Shown: positions 1 to 40,424, numbered from the stretch's first letter. The stretch is DNA of 64,000 nt from Octopus sinensis (GCF_006345805.1 NC_042997.1:102052001-102116000), one strand, 5' to 3'. The notes: generated from the letters alone by a model not told the origin. Numbers and translations: made by a program.

Positions 1-1169
1 AATGACATGCTGCAATTATGGAAACAGAATATAAATACAACTCCATTTGACACAAATTCAAATGTTATTGATGGCCTCTTGTTTAGCCTTGGGTCTGTCC
101 TGAGTGAGTAGACCTAAGAGCAGAGGCATTCCAGCCATGATCATCCCATCATTTTGTATACAGAAACTACATTGTCCAATGTGTTTACTCTTTTTACAAG
201 ATGGCAGAGTATAATTTCAGGGAGGTTTGACTGATATTTCTAGCATATTATGCAGCTCTCTACATAAACTGATTTACCTCTTAGGCAATTCAGTTGGCTC
301 TTTTCTGCTTTACCAACTTGCTTATTCACAATATGCATGACTGGGTATATAAGGACATGCAACACATATATTTTATTGTTTTGTTAATAATACTGAAGAA
401 GCATACCAATTGGTTTGTGTAATGGGTTAATTAACACGCGTAATTACAACAGGCTTGTAGAAATGCACGTATCTTACATAAAGCTTACAAATACCAATTA
501 TTTTTTCTGTGTTTTTTTATGAATTTATGTGTAGGGTTAGGTATGTATAGGGGGAAACCTTTTTAGTTTCTTTAAAAATACTATAGCAAATTTGACAATA
601 AGCTATTTGTGTCATATTTGCTTCACTTGTATTTTATATCAAATAATCAATTAATAAGAACTTTATGAGAAAAGTTATTTAAAAAACCTAATTTAAAAAA
701 AAAAACCCACAAAGAAAATATAGTTAAATCATGTTTGTTCATATTTTTAGGCTTGAAATTAACAAACTCATTACTGTATTTCCTGGCATACAAGTTGAAT
801 TTTTCAGATCAAAAGTTACAGCCAAAAACAGTAGGTTGTCTTATATACCAAAACAAGTTTGGAGAACCAAAAGTTCCATGTGGAAGGCAACAGGATTTGG
901 AAAGTTAGTGATGATGTTTGAATGTTAACACATGTTTACGCTATAAACTATGTCAACATGTATGCCAAAAAATATAGTATACATAAAGAAAATAATGATT
1001 CTCCCAAGACACATCAAAGTATTATATAGAGTTATTGGAATATTTATTTAGAAGATTTCACATGCTATCATTTAATTAATCTTCACAAAAATGTTTTATA
1101 ATTAATTAGAGAATATTTAAGATAACTGTACAGTGATAATTTCCTTCTTTTTAGCAAAAAGTTTCTTAC

Positions 1170-27955
<26,786 letters not shown>

Positions 27956-28134
27956 CTAAAAAAAAGAATAGAAATAAACATAAATAAATGCATAAATAAA
28001 GAAACAAACAAATAAATAAATAAGTAAACAGATAAATAAATAAATGGAATTTGAGAATGCAAGAAATGATAGTATTAACTCTTTTGATATCATGCTGGAT
28101 GATACTGCCTGATTCTTGATACAAACTTCCTGCT

Positions 28135-28527
28135 TAAAATTGACCTAAATCAAAGCCTTTCATCAAAATTTCATGCTAATTTACATTCCAAACACTATCT
28201 TACTATTGATGAAATTATTTAAATATATTTTTCATTATTTTGAAAATTAATTGAAACAAAGACAGTACATTTGTAACAAAGGCAAAAATTTTGTAACAAA
28301 AGGTTAACTCTTTCGTTACAATGTTTCTAATGAGATACACTGCCTTTATTTTTAGAAAATAAATTAAGATAATGAAGAATTTAGTAAAGCAACTTTCTAT
28401 TTGTTAAGCTGGTGTTTGGAACATAAATAAACAAGAATTTTGATGTAAGATTTTAATTTAATTTAGGAAGTTTGTATCTTGGAACCAGAGCTGGTGTATT
28501 AGGTGGGTTGGTATCAAAAAGGTTAAA
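28135..28527. repeat. Degenerate inverted repeat (two head-to-head copies of one interspersed repeat, centre gttaac at 28303-28308)
   Basis: Left arm cctaaatcaaagcctttcatcaaaatttcatgctaatttacattccaaacac vs reverse complement of the right arm cctaaattaaattaaaatcttacatcaaaattcttgtttatttatgttccaaacac; a single copy of the family lies at about 13022-13250. Confidence 0.7.
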
Positions 28528-28943
28528 CATTAACTATGTGGAGCAATTTTGAAGGCATTACATATGTGCCATGATAGCACCATTTTTGCAACAAACTTAC
28601 ACATCAGCTGCAAAAAGAACGTTGTTGTATATTACATAAGGTGCAAGGTAGCAAGCTGACAGAGTTGTTAGTACCCAGGTAAAATGCTAAGCAGCATTTC
28701 ATCCATCTTTAAGCTCTGAATTCAAATATTGCCAAGGTCGGCTTCGACTTTCTACCTTTTGGGGTCAATAAAATTAAGTACCAGTTGAGCACTGGGGTCA
28801 ATGTGATCAACTGCCAGAATTGCTGGCACTGTGCCAAAATTTGAAACTAATATTACATAAGGTGCAAATTGTAAAGAATTTTACACAGAAAAGAAAGTCT
28901 ATAATATCTTTTATCTTTTACTTGTTTCAGTCATAGGTCCTCT

Positions 28944-29330
28944 AAGAAGTTGCTTCCCAACCACATGGTTCCAGGTTCAGTCCCACTGCATGGCACCTTG
29001 GGAAAGTGTTTTCTACTGTTGCCTTGGACTGACCAAGGCCTTGTGAGTGGATTTGGTAGACGGAAACTGAAAGAAGCCCACCTTATATATATGTATATAT
29101 ATTTATGTGTGTGTGTCATTTTGTCTGTGTTTGTTCCCCATCACCACTTGATAACTGGTGTTGGTGTGTTTACGTCCCTGTGACTTAGCAGTTCAGCAAA
29201 TGAGGCTAATAGAATAAGTACTAGGTTTTAAAAAATAAGTCCTGGGGTCGATTTGTTCAACTAAAATTCCTCAAGGTGATGCTCCAGCATAGCTGCAGTC
29301 AAATGATTGAAACAAGTAACAGAAAATAAA
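28944..29330 (+). mobile_element. tRNA-derived SINE (same family as 41219-41631), 5' clipped
   Basis: aagaagttgcttcccaaccacatggttccaggttcagtcccactgcatggcaccttggg...; colinear to the tail. Confidence 0.85.
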
Positions 29331-32300
29331 TGAATACATATTATACAGGCAACATTGCGGTCTCTCTCTACATTTATCTAAGCTTAACTCCATAGTCCAT
29401 GGCATGTTACTTCACAAAATTGAGTGTTTTCCTTGACAGGCACTTCTCATTTGGAGCTGGTTGCAATAAATACTAGGCATTGGCTTACCTACTCTTGAAG
29501 AAAAGATGGTTTCAACAAAACAATAGTTTATCTTGTATGGTATTTAATACACAATTTTATGTCATTGTTGTCCAAATTCATGCTATTGGTCACTGTGAGT
29601 TATTCCTCTTAGCTCATTTTACTTTACACACACATACACACTGACATATATATTTGTGTGTGTGTGTGTGTAGTGAAGTTGGATTTGATAGAAAGCCTAA
29701 GATATCACCAAAAAGAAATGGGAAAGAGATAATAAAAAAAATAAGAAAAGAAACAGGAAAACACAGGACAAAGAGAAAGAAGATAAAAATAATCTCACAA
29801 AGCCTGTAAGAATTGGCCAACAACTGACATCTTAGCAACTCAAGTAAACGTAGAGATTCAGTGATCAGGTCATATATGCAAGGTGGAAGATTTTGATGCC
29901 TGACAGTTCATAGTTTTATAATAAAATAATAATCTCAAATTTGTGGCACAAGGCCAGCAATTTTAGGAAGTGGGGATTAGTTGCTTACATTGACCCCCAA
30001 AAGGGTGATAGGCAAAGTTGATCTCAGTTGGATTTGAACTCAGAATGTAAAGAGCTGGAAGAATTGTCACCAAGTATTTTGTCTGGTATGATAATGAATC
30101 TGCCAGCTCAAGTGGATATAACATAGTGCAATATAAGGATGGATATCCCTTCCATTTCTAGCAGGTTGAATGACAATGTAAGAGCTCCATCATTGATCTA
30201 TGATTTTAAGAGTTGTTAAGGGCTATATTGATTATCAAAATGCAATTGTGTTAGTCACTACATGTGATTTTAGATCAAATTCCTTAGCAGACAAGAATAA
30301 TTTAAGTATTTATTAATAACTAGCAGTCATAGACAGCCTTGCCAAAGTTTATTTATGCCTAACATAAATATCACATGAATTCACTGCATTTTGGATAATG
30401 TTTAGTTTGTCCAGAAATGTTGATTCAATCAGAGTTGTTGCTAAAACCAAGCCATCCAGACTATGACTCAACTTTAGCTTCATAGAAATAAATAATGCAC
30501 AAAAAATAAATTAAATAAAGAAACCTAAAGCTTATGTTAAAATGTTACTCTTACATTTTTTGTATTTTCTAAGAAAAGGATTTTTTTCTCTCAAAATACT
30601 GTACTAGTTTAGAGAATAATTGAGAGCTATGCCAGCAAAATGCAAACTCCATGTAGTGCTTCCTATGCTGGACAGGTCAAAGGATAGAGGCCAGGGTAAT
30701 ATGGACCACTTCTCCCAGAGGTGAAAATTGGTTTGCATAGGACTGATACCTATAGCTAGAAAAAGGTAAAGTTACAGAAGCATCAATGGTAATTCAAAAC
30801 CCAACAAGACTTGGGAGTGAAAGGTCTTCACTTGGGGAAACATATGACATGGTGCAGCAAAATTTGAAAAGAAGTTGCAAGGAAAAAGCAGGGATTCTAC
30901 TGGAGAGAAGCAAAGATAGCTGAGTGTCAAAAGGAGTGAAGAAAAGGGTTTTAAATAAGTATCATGACTATTAGACTTTTACCACAGGTCTGTTTGATAA
31001 GAGCTGAAGTGGAGCTGAACAACAATAACAGTAATAAAAACAAACAGACAAGGGGATCATGTTTCTTACTCAGCATGCAAGAAACAGCATCTAAGTCTTC
31101 CTCAAATTAGATCCTATCCTTCAAAACAAAAAAAAATGAAGGATAAATTAGATAATGTAGTCTTCAGTATGCATTGTGTTTGAATAAAAGAAAGGCTGAT
31201 CACAATTTAAAAGCCTTTGATCACAGGTTTACTCAATCAGGACTGACTCAAGGCTAAACAACAACAACAAAATAAAAATGATAATGAAAAGACAAAGCCT
31301 GGCAAAGAAGAGATGATCACAAGTATAAAGCTTTTGATCATGTCTGCTCAATGAAGACTGACTTGAGGCTAAACAACAACAAAGTAGTAATAAAACTAAC
31401 AAAGGATTTGCACATTTGGAGATTAACTGAATAATTCCACCAACAGCAGCAGTAAATATTTTATATCACTGTTTCTTTCCATAAAGCCACAACTGTACTT
31501 TTCAAGACATACACTAGTTTACAATAAGATATGGGTATATCTAGGTAACGGATTTGATAAAATTTTCGGCAACTGAAATGCATTATTGCTTGTTTCAAGA
31601 GTAGACAATATGTATGACATCAGACAGAAAGACAGACAAACACACACACACGCGCGCACGCAGAGATGCAAATATTTATACACACATATGTACATATACA
31701 TAAATAAATATATATATATACACACACACACATATATATATATATCAGTATCTCGTAGTGGTGCAACGGTGACAATGGCCATTCAGTAGCTATGGTAGCA
31801 GGATATATGCCTTAGCAGGTCCACCCAAGCTATGAAGGCATGGAACTATAGACCTTAAGGAGAGACTGTCTATTCAACAGAGGTTATAATCTGAAGAGGT
31901 AATCATGACCTGCTCACATAGCCAGCAGGGTGATTTCATTTGAAAGCAACAACAATATGAAGAATGAATCTCAGAATCCTGCATGTTAAAAAATGAATAA
32001 ATAAATAAAAGCTAAAAGATAGTTGATAGCTTTAGAATGAAGGAAAGCTGTGTGATCTTTCTCACAGAATGGACAATGTCCTCTTCTTTTTGTAGCACAA
32101 AAATATAAACAATTCAAAATAAACTATTTGCAGCTTTTGTACCATTATTTTTGACTTAGTTACAGAATATAAGATTAATGTGTAAAACAGATGATATATT
32201 TTAGGTTCCTTATCAGTTAAATATTTATTCTCTATGATCTTTTTTAATGCAAGGGAAAACTTTATAAAAGTGCTTAATTAAAAGCACATTGACATATCAT

Positions 32301-32489
32301 CTAAAAAGTGAATTATCTTCCAAGTCTATTTCTGCAGTGGAAGATTTATCCCTATCTAAGTATACTTGAACATGTTAAATATGATTTTACATGAATATAT
32401 TTTATTCAATGCTGCTTTGAATGACTTTATTTAATTCTAGCTTGACAAACTCTATGCACATCAACAAACATAGTTTTATTCTATTTTAT

Positions 32490-32820
32490 ATAGGAGCATT
32501 CTGTCAGTTACGATGACGAGGGTCCCAGCTGGTATGATCAACGGAACAACTTGCTCGTGAGATTATTGTACAAGTGGCTGAGCACTCCACCGACATGTAT
32601 ACCCCTTTACATATTTCTCAGGGAGATTCAGCATGACACAGAGTGTGACAAGGTTGGTCTCTTGAAATACAGGTACTATTCATTTTTGCCAGCTGAGTGG
32701 ACTAGAGCACTGTGAAATAAAGTGTCTTGCTCAAAGACACAACATACCACCAGGAATTGAACTCATGACCCTATGACCATGAGCTGAATACCCTAACCAC
32801 TAAGCCATGTGCCTTCACTA
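32490..32820 (-). mobile_element. tRNA-derived SINE sharing its 3' body with 40425-40804 but with a different head
   Basis: Shared block gtggctgagcactccac...cagcgtgacacagag(a/t)gtgacaagg...tgaaatacaggtac; head gtgaaggcacatggcttagtggttaggg...gagttcaattcc. Confidence 0.8.
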
Positions 32821-34522
32821 TTTTAGTACAAGAAGAAGGACCTAACTAACTAACTAACTTGTAGATATCAACAAGAAAGAACACAGAAATGCATCAATCC
32901 TACAATCCAGTGATGTCATTCATCGTCCTAAGTATTTTCATACATCATCTAAGAGCAGAATTTTCTCTCAAAACTATTTCCACTATGAAAAGTTTTCATA
33001 AGTCTGAGTATACTCAAACATGTTATGATGTTACACAAATATACATTATTCAACAGTACTCCATGTAATGTTATATATACTATTTATTAAAGCCAAAACC
33101 AATCTCCAGTTTGTCAGACAATTACAATATATATTAAATTGGTACAATACTACATATATTTTGTGAACAGGATATATTCACTTAACTGCTACCCTGTACA
33201 AACATGTGGCCCTTCAAGAGTAGTTTATCGTATTTTATCATATAATCTATGACATACATATGAGATATATGATCATTTAGTTTCATTTACAGTTTTAGAG
33301 CAAATTATATATCTTGCTGCAGTAGTATGTTATTAAGGTAATGTAAGCCATTGAACTTGCATTTCTGCAAAGCTTGTGTCCTTAGGCCCTTAATTGGTTG
33401 CAACTGGTCTGGAAAATTAGTATTATTTACAAAAGCTTAATAAAATTGATGCAGTGTCATCTTGTATATGCTAGTGTTTATATAAGAATATGAGTCCCAG
33501 TACAGTTTTGTATATAACCAAGGCAGCAGCTCTCCAGGTGAAGCAAAATATGAGTTACTAAGGAATTTTATTAATATGTTGATCAAACAGAATTCCTGGC
33601 AAATATATCAATATAAAAAGATAGCTTTTGGTAAAAGGCCTGCAGTTGTAAGGGGAGGGGAGAAGTTGATTGCAAAGACCCCCTCAGTACTTGACTAGTA
33701 CTCATTTTATTGACTCTGAAAAGGCGAAAGGTATGATAATGATTTCTAATACTAGGAGAAAGGCACAAATTTTAGGAGAAAGGTGTAGATTCCAGTAAGT
33801 GACAAGAACCAGTTAATATAAACCTAGAAAGATAAAATATAAAGTAGATCTTAGTGGGATTTGAACTCAGATCTGTAAGGTGTGTAATTAAATTCTACAT
33901 GGAATTCTATCTAGTAAAGTCAAATTCTACTGAACACTGCCAATGAAACAGCTTAATAATGTGCAGTCAAGTATGATAATATGAATAGCTTTCTGGAAAT
34001 TTTCCAGTCTCCACAGGAATGAATCAGAACTCTGTTAAAATAGCTTTTCTTTCTTATCTTTTTTTTTTTTTTTACAGGGGCAAAGTATAACAAGATTCAA
34101 ATGCTACATCAAATGCAGAATAAACTGGTTATATGCTTATGAAAAAGTAGATGGTTAGTAATATTTTGCTGCTATTGTAGCTGTTTTAAACAACTCCATG
34201 AATTGTTTAAAACATCAAACATCCAACATGAAATAGTTCTTTTTCTGAGCAGATTTTTATATGAAGTACTGGAATAGATAATACACATCATTCCAAACAC
34301 ATTTCTCACCAATGATATCTCAGCTCTATCTCACACACTATCTCAAAATTCTAAACACTTTGTCACTGATCCTCATGTTCTAGGACAAGTGAAGCTCTCT
34401 TCCTTTCTGCTTCACTTTTAGCCAAATGCCCTTGTCTAGCTGCTCTTCTATGACCACTTTCCTCCCAAGTTTCTCAAGCCTGTCTCTTAGCCTTTACTGC
34501 CATATCAACCAATATATCAAAC

Positions 34523-34682
34523 ATGTATGTATGTATGTATGTATGTATGTATGTATGTATGTATGTATGTATGTATGTATGTATGTATGTATGTATGTAT
34601 GTATGTATGTATGTATGTATGTATGTATGTATGTATGTATGTATGTATGTATGTATGTATGTATGTATTTATGTATGTATGT
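34523..34682. repeat. (ATGT)n microsatellite, about 40 units
   Basis: Directly visible, nearly perfect. Confidence 0.98.
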
Positions 34683-35025
34683 GTCAAATCATCCAACCTA
34701 TGCTAGCATGGAAAGCAGATGTTAAAAGATGATGATGACATACACATGCATATAAAAGTAAAAAATTACTGATGACTAACAAAACAACACATGGACAAAA
34801 CACACACAAGACGTAGACATGATAATCTCCCATCAGTTATCAACCAAAGATCTTTGTAATTTTGTGCCATTATCAATAATATTGTTCATTTTTTTTTTTT
34901 TTTGGTGTCAACAGCAAAATGCTGTTAGGATAAGTAAATGGACAGAAAAGTTGGTGATGAAAGCATAAACAAATGAAACAATGACACAAGACATAATGGA
35001 AAGCAACACAAATAGTTGTTAGATA

Positions 35026-35419
35026 TCTTTATATATAAAAGTGAAGTTGTGTCTGTCTCCTATGATTTAGATTCCTAACTACTCCCACATTTTGCGGTGC
35101 AGTGTAACCAAAAGCGGGTATCTTATAGTCGTGATTCATATCGAGCCCTTCTGGGTATTAGCATGCATCTATGATGAGTCTACGATTTAAAAAAAAATTT
35201 ACTATAATTTTTTCCCATTTTTAATGCATTTTTTTTGCTATTATATAAGGGAAGTAACTCTCTAAAAATGTATTACTAAATCTCAGAACGTAAAAAGCTA
35301 CAGTAACACCCCACTTTGTGGTTAGCCATATTGAGATGGCTATTATACTTTACATCTCTAAAAATGCTTATATAGTTATTTCCCTTACAAACCCGAGCAA
35401 TGCCGGGCGATACTGCTAG
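35026..35419 (+). mobile_element. Non-autonomous Helitron, copy 1
   Basis: A|TCTTTATATATAAAAGTG ... cccg-agcaatgc-cggg hairpin 8 nt before CTAG|T; canonical A-TC...CTAG-T termini; near-identical second copy at 41782-42181. Confidence 0.85.
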
Positions 35420-36105
35420 TATATACATAAATATATAGAGGCGTGTAAAGGCTTTTTGGTTATGAGACAGCATTAAAATGAGATGTATGCAGAAATAACA
35501 CAGAGGGAAAAGGACGTCACATAGGATTTCAAAAGGAAAGTAGAGAAATAGAAAGATAGACATAATGGAAAGAAGAGTTGAAAGGTAGAAACAAGGAAGA
35601 GATAGATTGAAAGACAAAATGAAAAGTGGAAAAACAGTCAAACCAGGGGCTGAAAGTAAATGCAAAGGCTATAGCCCAAGAGAGCAGAAATGAACCAGTC
35701 GACAGTGAAGCAAATATTCCTGTCATAACAGATGATGGTTTTAACACTTCCTGCAGAACAACCTGCATAGTTGATTTGTTTACTGTGATAAAATGTGTGC
35801 TGTACATTAGCTCATTTCTTCCATCAAATCAACATTGCCTGTACAGGTACACAGTATTGAAGTGATTGCAGAACAGTGTGAAATTAACTGTTTTATTCAA
35901 GAACACAACACATTACCCAGTCTGGAGGTTTGAAACTACAATCTAACAATCATTAATGAAACATTCAAACCACTAGGCCATACACCTTTGTGCATATAGA
36001 TTCACACATAAATATATACATGTATATACATATATGTAAATATGTGTGTGTAGGCAAGCATGCAGGTATGTATACACACACACACACACACACACACACG
36101 CATGC

Positions 36106-36142
<37 letters not shown>

Positions 36143-36775
36143 GTTCACCAATGCATTCACCATTCTTTCAGTTAATGTTCTGGTCTGTTATAACCAGAAA
36201 TGACTGATGAAAGTAGCATTCATTTTTTTTTAGGTCATTCAATTTTTCTCAATTGGTCACTACATCGATTGAGTAAACCTATCACTAATGTACTTTAATG
36301 ACTAATGTAAACAGATGTAAGCCAAATTTGTTCCAATAAAGGAAAAATATGTACTGACCATTATTTTCAACTTCTTTTGTATATATATATAAATATATAT
36401 ATATATACATACACACACACATTCACAAATATGTGTGTAAAAATGTTTACACACATATATACATATATTTTATCATCATCAGCAGCATTTTCCAAGCCCA
36501 TATGGGTCAAACAGAATTCATTGAAACAAATTTTCTATAGCCAAATGCCCTTCCTGTTGCCATCCCCGCCTGTTTCCTAGCAGGATAATATTTTTCTCTA
36601 TGGCCATACATGTTTTCAATGGAGATTGCTTTTATGATGGCATTGCTGGTTTACATAATGTCATGGCAAGGAAACACAAAGACATATACTCATACATCAA
36701 TACACATACATATATACATAAACATATATACATACATACATACACACATACATACACAGATGTGTGTATATATAT

Positions 36776-36811
<36 letters not shown>

Positions 36812-37074
36812 CCTTGAAGCAAAGAAAGCTATAAACAATAGCTTTATCTATAGTTTTAAGTTTTATTTGCATCTAGATCCACTGTTCTCCAAAACAATTA
36901 TTTCATGTTTCCTCAGAGATTACAAAAGAAATTCTTATGATGTCAACAACAATATACATACATACATACATACATACATACATACATACATACACATACA
37001 TACATACATATATATAGTTAGCATGGAAGGCAGACTTTAAACAGTGAGGATGATGCACACACACACACACATAT

Positions 37075-38290
37075 GAATAACCCACCTACTGGAACTATAT
37101 TTTATGACAGGCATACTTCTGGCTCGATAAATAGAAAAGGCTACAAATATAGAAATCAAAATGTCAAGAAAGAAAATACCAACAAGAATGTAAAATACCT
37201 GCTGCGGCCACATTATGATAGCACCAATAATAGTGATATAGCCAGCATGCATTGGAAATTGAAGTCAGCACTGCCACATATACAACTAAATCTAATATAT
37301 ATTCATGCAGAGAAAACACAAAATGTCCAATGATGAACCTCTGTATATCTTCAATGATATATATCATTAAGGATATATATGAGTATAAATCTTGTATATA
37401 AATTCACCGTATACACAAGGGGTCGGGGATCATACGTTACATTGGGACAATAGCGGATTCATTCAAGAATTGCTCTTGTAATCGTGTCACCAGATTCAAG
37501 AACCTCAACAAGAGGTATTCGACATCTTTAGTTGATTTTGTGTGGCAACTTAAGGAAGATAAAAATGATCAAATTTGGTCCATAATAAAACATGCAAAAC
37601 AATATAATATCCTTTCCAGGAGATGTAGACTCTGCTCCAAGGAATCCTTGTCTATTTTGTGGACCAATGAGAAGATCATTAATAGGATTTCTGAAAGACT
37701 GTCAAGATGCTTACATGCTTATAATGCACTTTCACACAATGCAATGAGAATTAATTCGAGTTATTGTTAACCAATTAATAAATATAATGTACCTTATGGT
37801 AGGGATGAATTAATTCTAACCTCCCCATTCTTATAAGCACAGAGTATTTATTTAATTCACTGTGAGCATATATGAGCCAAACCACACATGTGTGTATGCT
37901 TATATCTTTGTGTAAGTTTGTACAAATGAGTGTATGTATGCCATACAACCTAAGTGAAGGCATTTATCATCCATATCTGCTAATGGTTACATTTAATACT
38001 TTTACACTTAATTGTGTATTTCTTTATTTTTGCATTTGTTTCTTTTTGCATCTGATTTTTATTGATCATCTACAATAATGATGTTGTATTCCTTAATTTG
38101 CTGCTTTTTTATATACACATCAAGAAGAAAACTTGTGGAATAGACATTATTTTTATGAGATACATCTTGTAATCACCTGAAGAGGCACATCTACACTAAC
38201 AGATACTCCTAAACCAGTTGTTCAGTATAACAACCCATGAGGGATCGATGCTAGATGGGTTGAAATAATTGTAGTGATCAATAAATATTC
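37075..38290 (+). mobile_element. Penelope-like retroelement relic: GIY-YIG endonuclease 3' part plus terminal (pLTR-like) region
   Basis: KCPMMNLCISSMIY, then RYIGTIADSFKN...RYSTSLVDFVWQLKEDKNDQIWSIIKHAKQYNILSRRCRLCSKE...IINRISERLSRCLH (YIG at 37438-37446, CxxC at 37624-37635). This matches the PLE endonuclease pattern YIG.T..FK.R...T.LS..IW.LK...WSI...Y...C.LC..EK...LN.R.E..S.C.H. 5' boundary approximate. Confidence 0.85.
38172..38278 (+). ncRNA. Candidate type I hammerhead ribozyme in the PLE terminus
   Basis: Stem I atcac(38172-76)/gtgat(38274-78); core CTGAAGA 38177-83; stem II ggcacatcta/tagatgggtt; GAAA 38262-65; minimal stem III taattg; cleavage triplet GTA 38271-73; AATAAA at 38280. 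Confidence 0.6.
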
Positions 38291-38325
38291 TTGTATCTTC
38301 TATCTTCCATCTCTCTCATTAATCA

Positions 38326-38326
<1 letters not shown>

Positions 38327-38356
<30 letters not shown>

Positions 38357-38436
38357 TGTATGTATGTATGTATGTATGTATGTATGTATGTATGTATGTA
38401 TGTATATGTATGTATGTATGTATGTAGGTAGGTAGG
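38327..38436. repeat. (TATG)n microsatellite
   Basis: Directly visible. Confidence 0.95.
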
Positions 38437-39338
38437 TATTTACACATTTAGATAATCTAAAATTAGCCTTGCTCAGAGTTGTTTGGGTTCTATTCATCTA
38501 AAACAAGATTAAAAAATATCACTATACAAAAGAAATGTTTAGAAAATATTACTGAGAAAACTGCTTTGTCATATTTACTACTCAGACAGAAGCATAGACA
38601 AACATAATAAATATTGAAGATTGACCAATATGAAAGAAAGCAAGATGTTAAGCGTATATATTCTAACACTGAAGAGATAACTATTTGTAGTGGTCTCAAG
38701 TCAAATAGGTAGATTAAATATGTTTTCTGATATTTACTAATAACTAAGGACTTACCAAAATAGAAATAGTAATAAATAGCTTGAGTCTGTAACTAATTAA
38801 CCAATATTGATCATTAAACAAGGCTTAATTCAGTGTATTGTTTAGCACAACAAAGCTATTATGGAATATTTCTGCCTTGATTGGCAAACATTTTTCTCTA
38901 AATGATGTATAACATGATATATATTAATTATATTGGGTCTTGTAAAGCTCTTCTAGTTAAATTGAAACTGATATAATTGATTTCCTAATAAATACATTTC
39001 CATTTAAGATAAATATGGAAAAATATAGACTAAGGAGCCTAGGCAGGGCGGGGGAGATACTGGAACATAACTTTAAAACATGCCTTTTGTCTTTTACATG
39101 TTTCAAACTTTGGACCATGGCCATGCTGGAGCATCACCATGAAGAGTTTTAGCTAGACAGACAGACCATCCACAGCACTTAATTTTACATCTGTCAGCCT
39201 CTTTTGTCAAAATTCTAAGTTACAAGGATGTGAACAAATCAACACAGTTGTTATGCAGTGTGTGTGTGTGGGGGGGGGGCAAACACAGGTACAAAGACAC
39301 ACACACACACACATGTCTATGTGTCTGTATGTACATAC

Positions 39339-39369
<31 letters not shown>

Positions 39370-39391
39370 CATACATACATACATACATACA

Positions 39392-39426
<35 letters not shown>

Positions 39427-40083
39427 GATGGGCTTTTACACAGTTTCTGTCTTTCAAATTCTCTCACAAGGTATTGGTCAACCCAGGGCTAATAGAAGAC
39501 ACTTGTGCAAAGTGCCACACAGTAGGACTGAATCTGAAACCATGTGGTTGCAAAGTGAGTTTCTTAACCACACAATCATGCCTGTGCTTACATAACTAAA
39601 AAAAGGAAATTAGAATAAGTTAACAAAAATTTTATAGAAAGTTTGCTTATTCAAAGTAAGAAACCCATTAAATTCTGCAAGGTCTTCGAAGCTGATGAAA
39701 CAAAAGGAATAAGTTATCCTCAGATGAGAGATATAACCTGAACTCTTGCAACAGAGTGGACTCTGCTAGATGCAGCAGAAGACAAAGTGCTGATGTTGAA
39801 CTGGACAAGAGATGAAATCTATCACCAACAAGAACACCCCCTTTAACAGACTTTCACAGTTTCTGATAACCAAAAGTTTACAAGGCACTGGTCATTACCA
39901 GAAAGGCATTTTGGAAAAGTGACTTCTACCTTAGATCAAAGTCTATAATAGAGGACACCCAGTGTGTCACTCAGTGGAATTAAACACAAATTAAGTAAAA
40001 AAGATTTTCAACTTTTCTTTGAGTTGTGTTTTTATATATTTATTTATTTTTTTTGTTAAGAGACTGGTGTAAACATTGTTATA

Positions 40084-40282
40084 CAGTAATCCCTCAACTA
40101 TCGTGGGTATTCCGTGGAAATCCATGAAATAGACACAGTGAATTACTGTATATTCGTTTTTATTATTTTTATAATTTGTATATATTTATTTTATTATAAA
40201 TGCAAAACAACACCACAGAGGAATTGATGTGAGCTTAAATAATAAATCGCAATAGGTGAACTGATATGGTGAGGGATTACTG
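40084..40282. mobile_element. Tigger/pogo-like MITE, 199 bp
   Basis: Perfect 13-bp TIR cagtaatccctca / tgagggattactg, with TA on both sides. Confidence 0.8.
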
Positions 40283-40424
40283 TACAATCATGCCATTTCA
40301 CGATAGTTTTTTAGCACGAGCTAATAAATCTGAATAATGCTATATTAAAACAATTACATTTTCCTATACTAACAAATATTCTATGTTTATATAATGGTTC
40401 TTTCATCACTACTTGAGTCTGAGT

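Noticed and set aside
1-1160. Next SLC6 exon (TM10) and the 731-928 ORF
   Set aside because: No acceptor followed by an open TM10-like frame was found; 731-928 has no recognisable homology. The exon probably lies outside the window.
29489-29600. Strong minus-strand donor TAG|gtaagc upstream of exon A
   Set aside because: All upstream ATGs hit stops and the phase-0 codon is TAG; it could be a UTR exon but cannot supply the start
31891-31912. CTGAAGA followed by a ggt/acc hairpin (hammerhead-like)
   Set aside because: No GAAA, stem III or cleavage triplet follows
32900-32980. Minus-strand gatgat-gtatgaaaatac hairpin resembling a hammerhead stem II
   Set aside because: The core and the GAAA are both absent
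35626-35865. 79-aa ORF with protein-like composition
   Set aside because: No splice signals, motif or homology recognised; short ORFs are expected by chance
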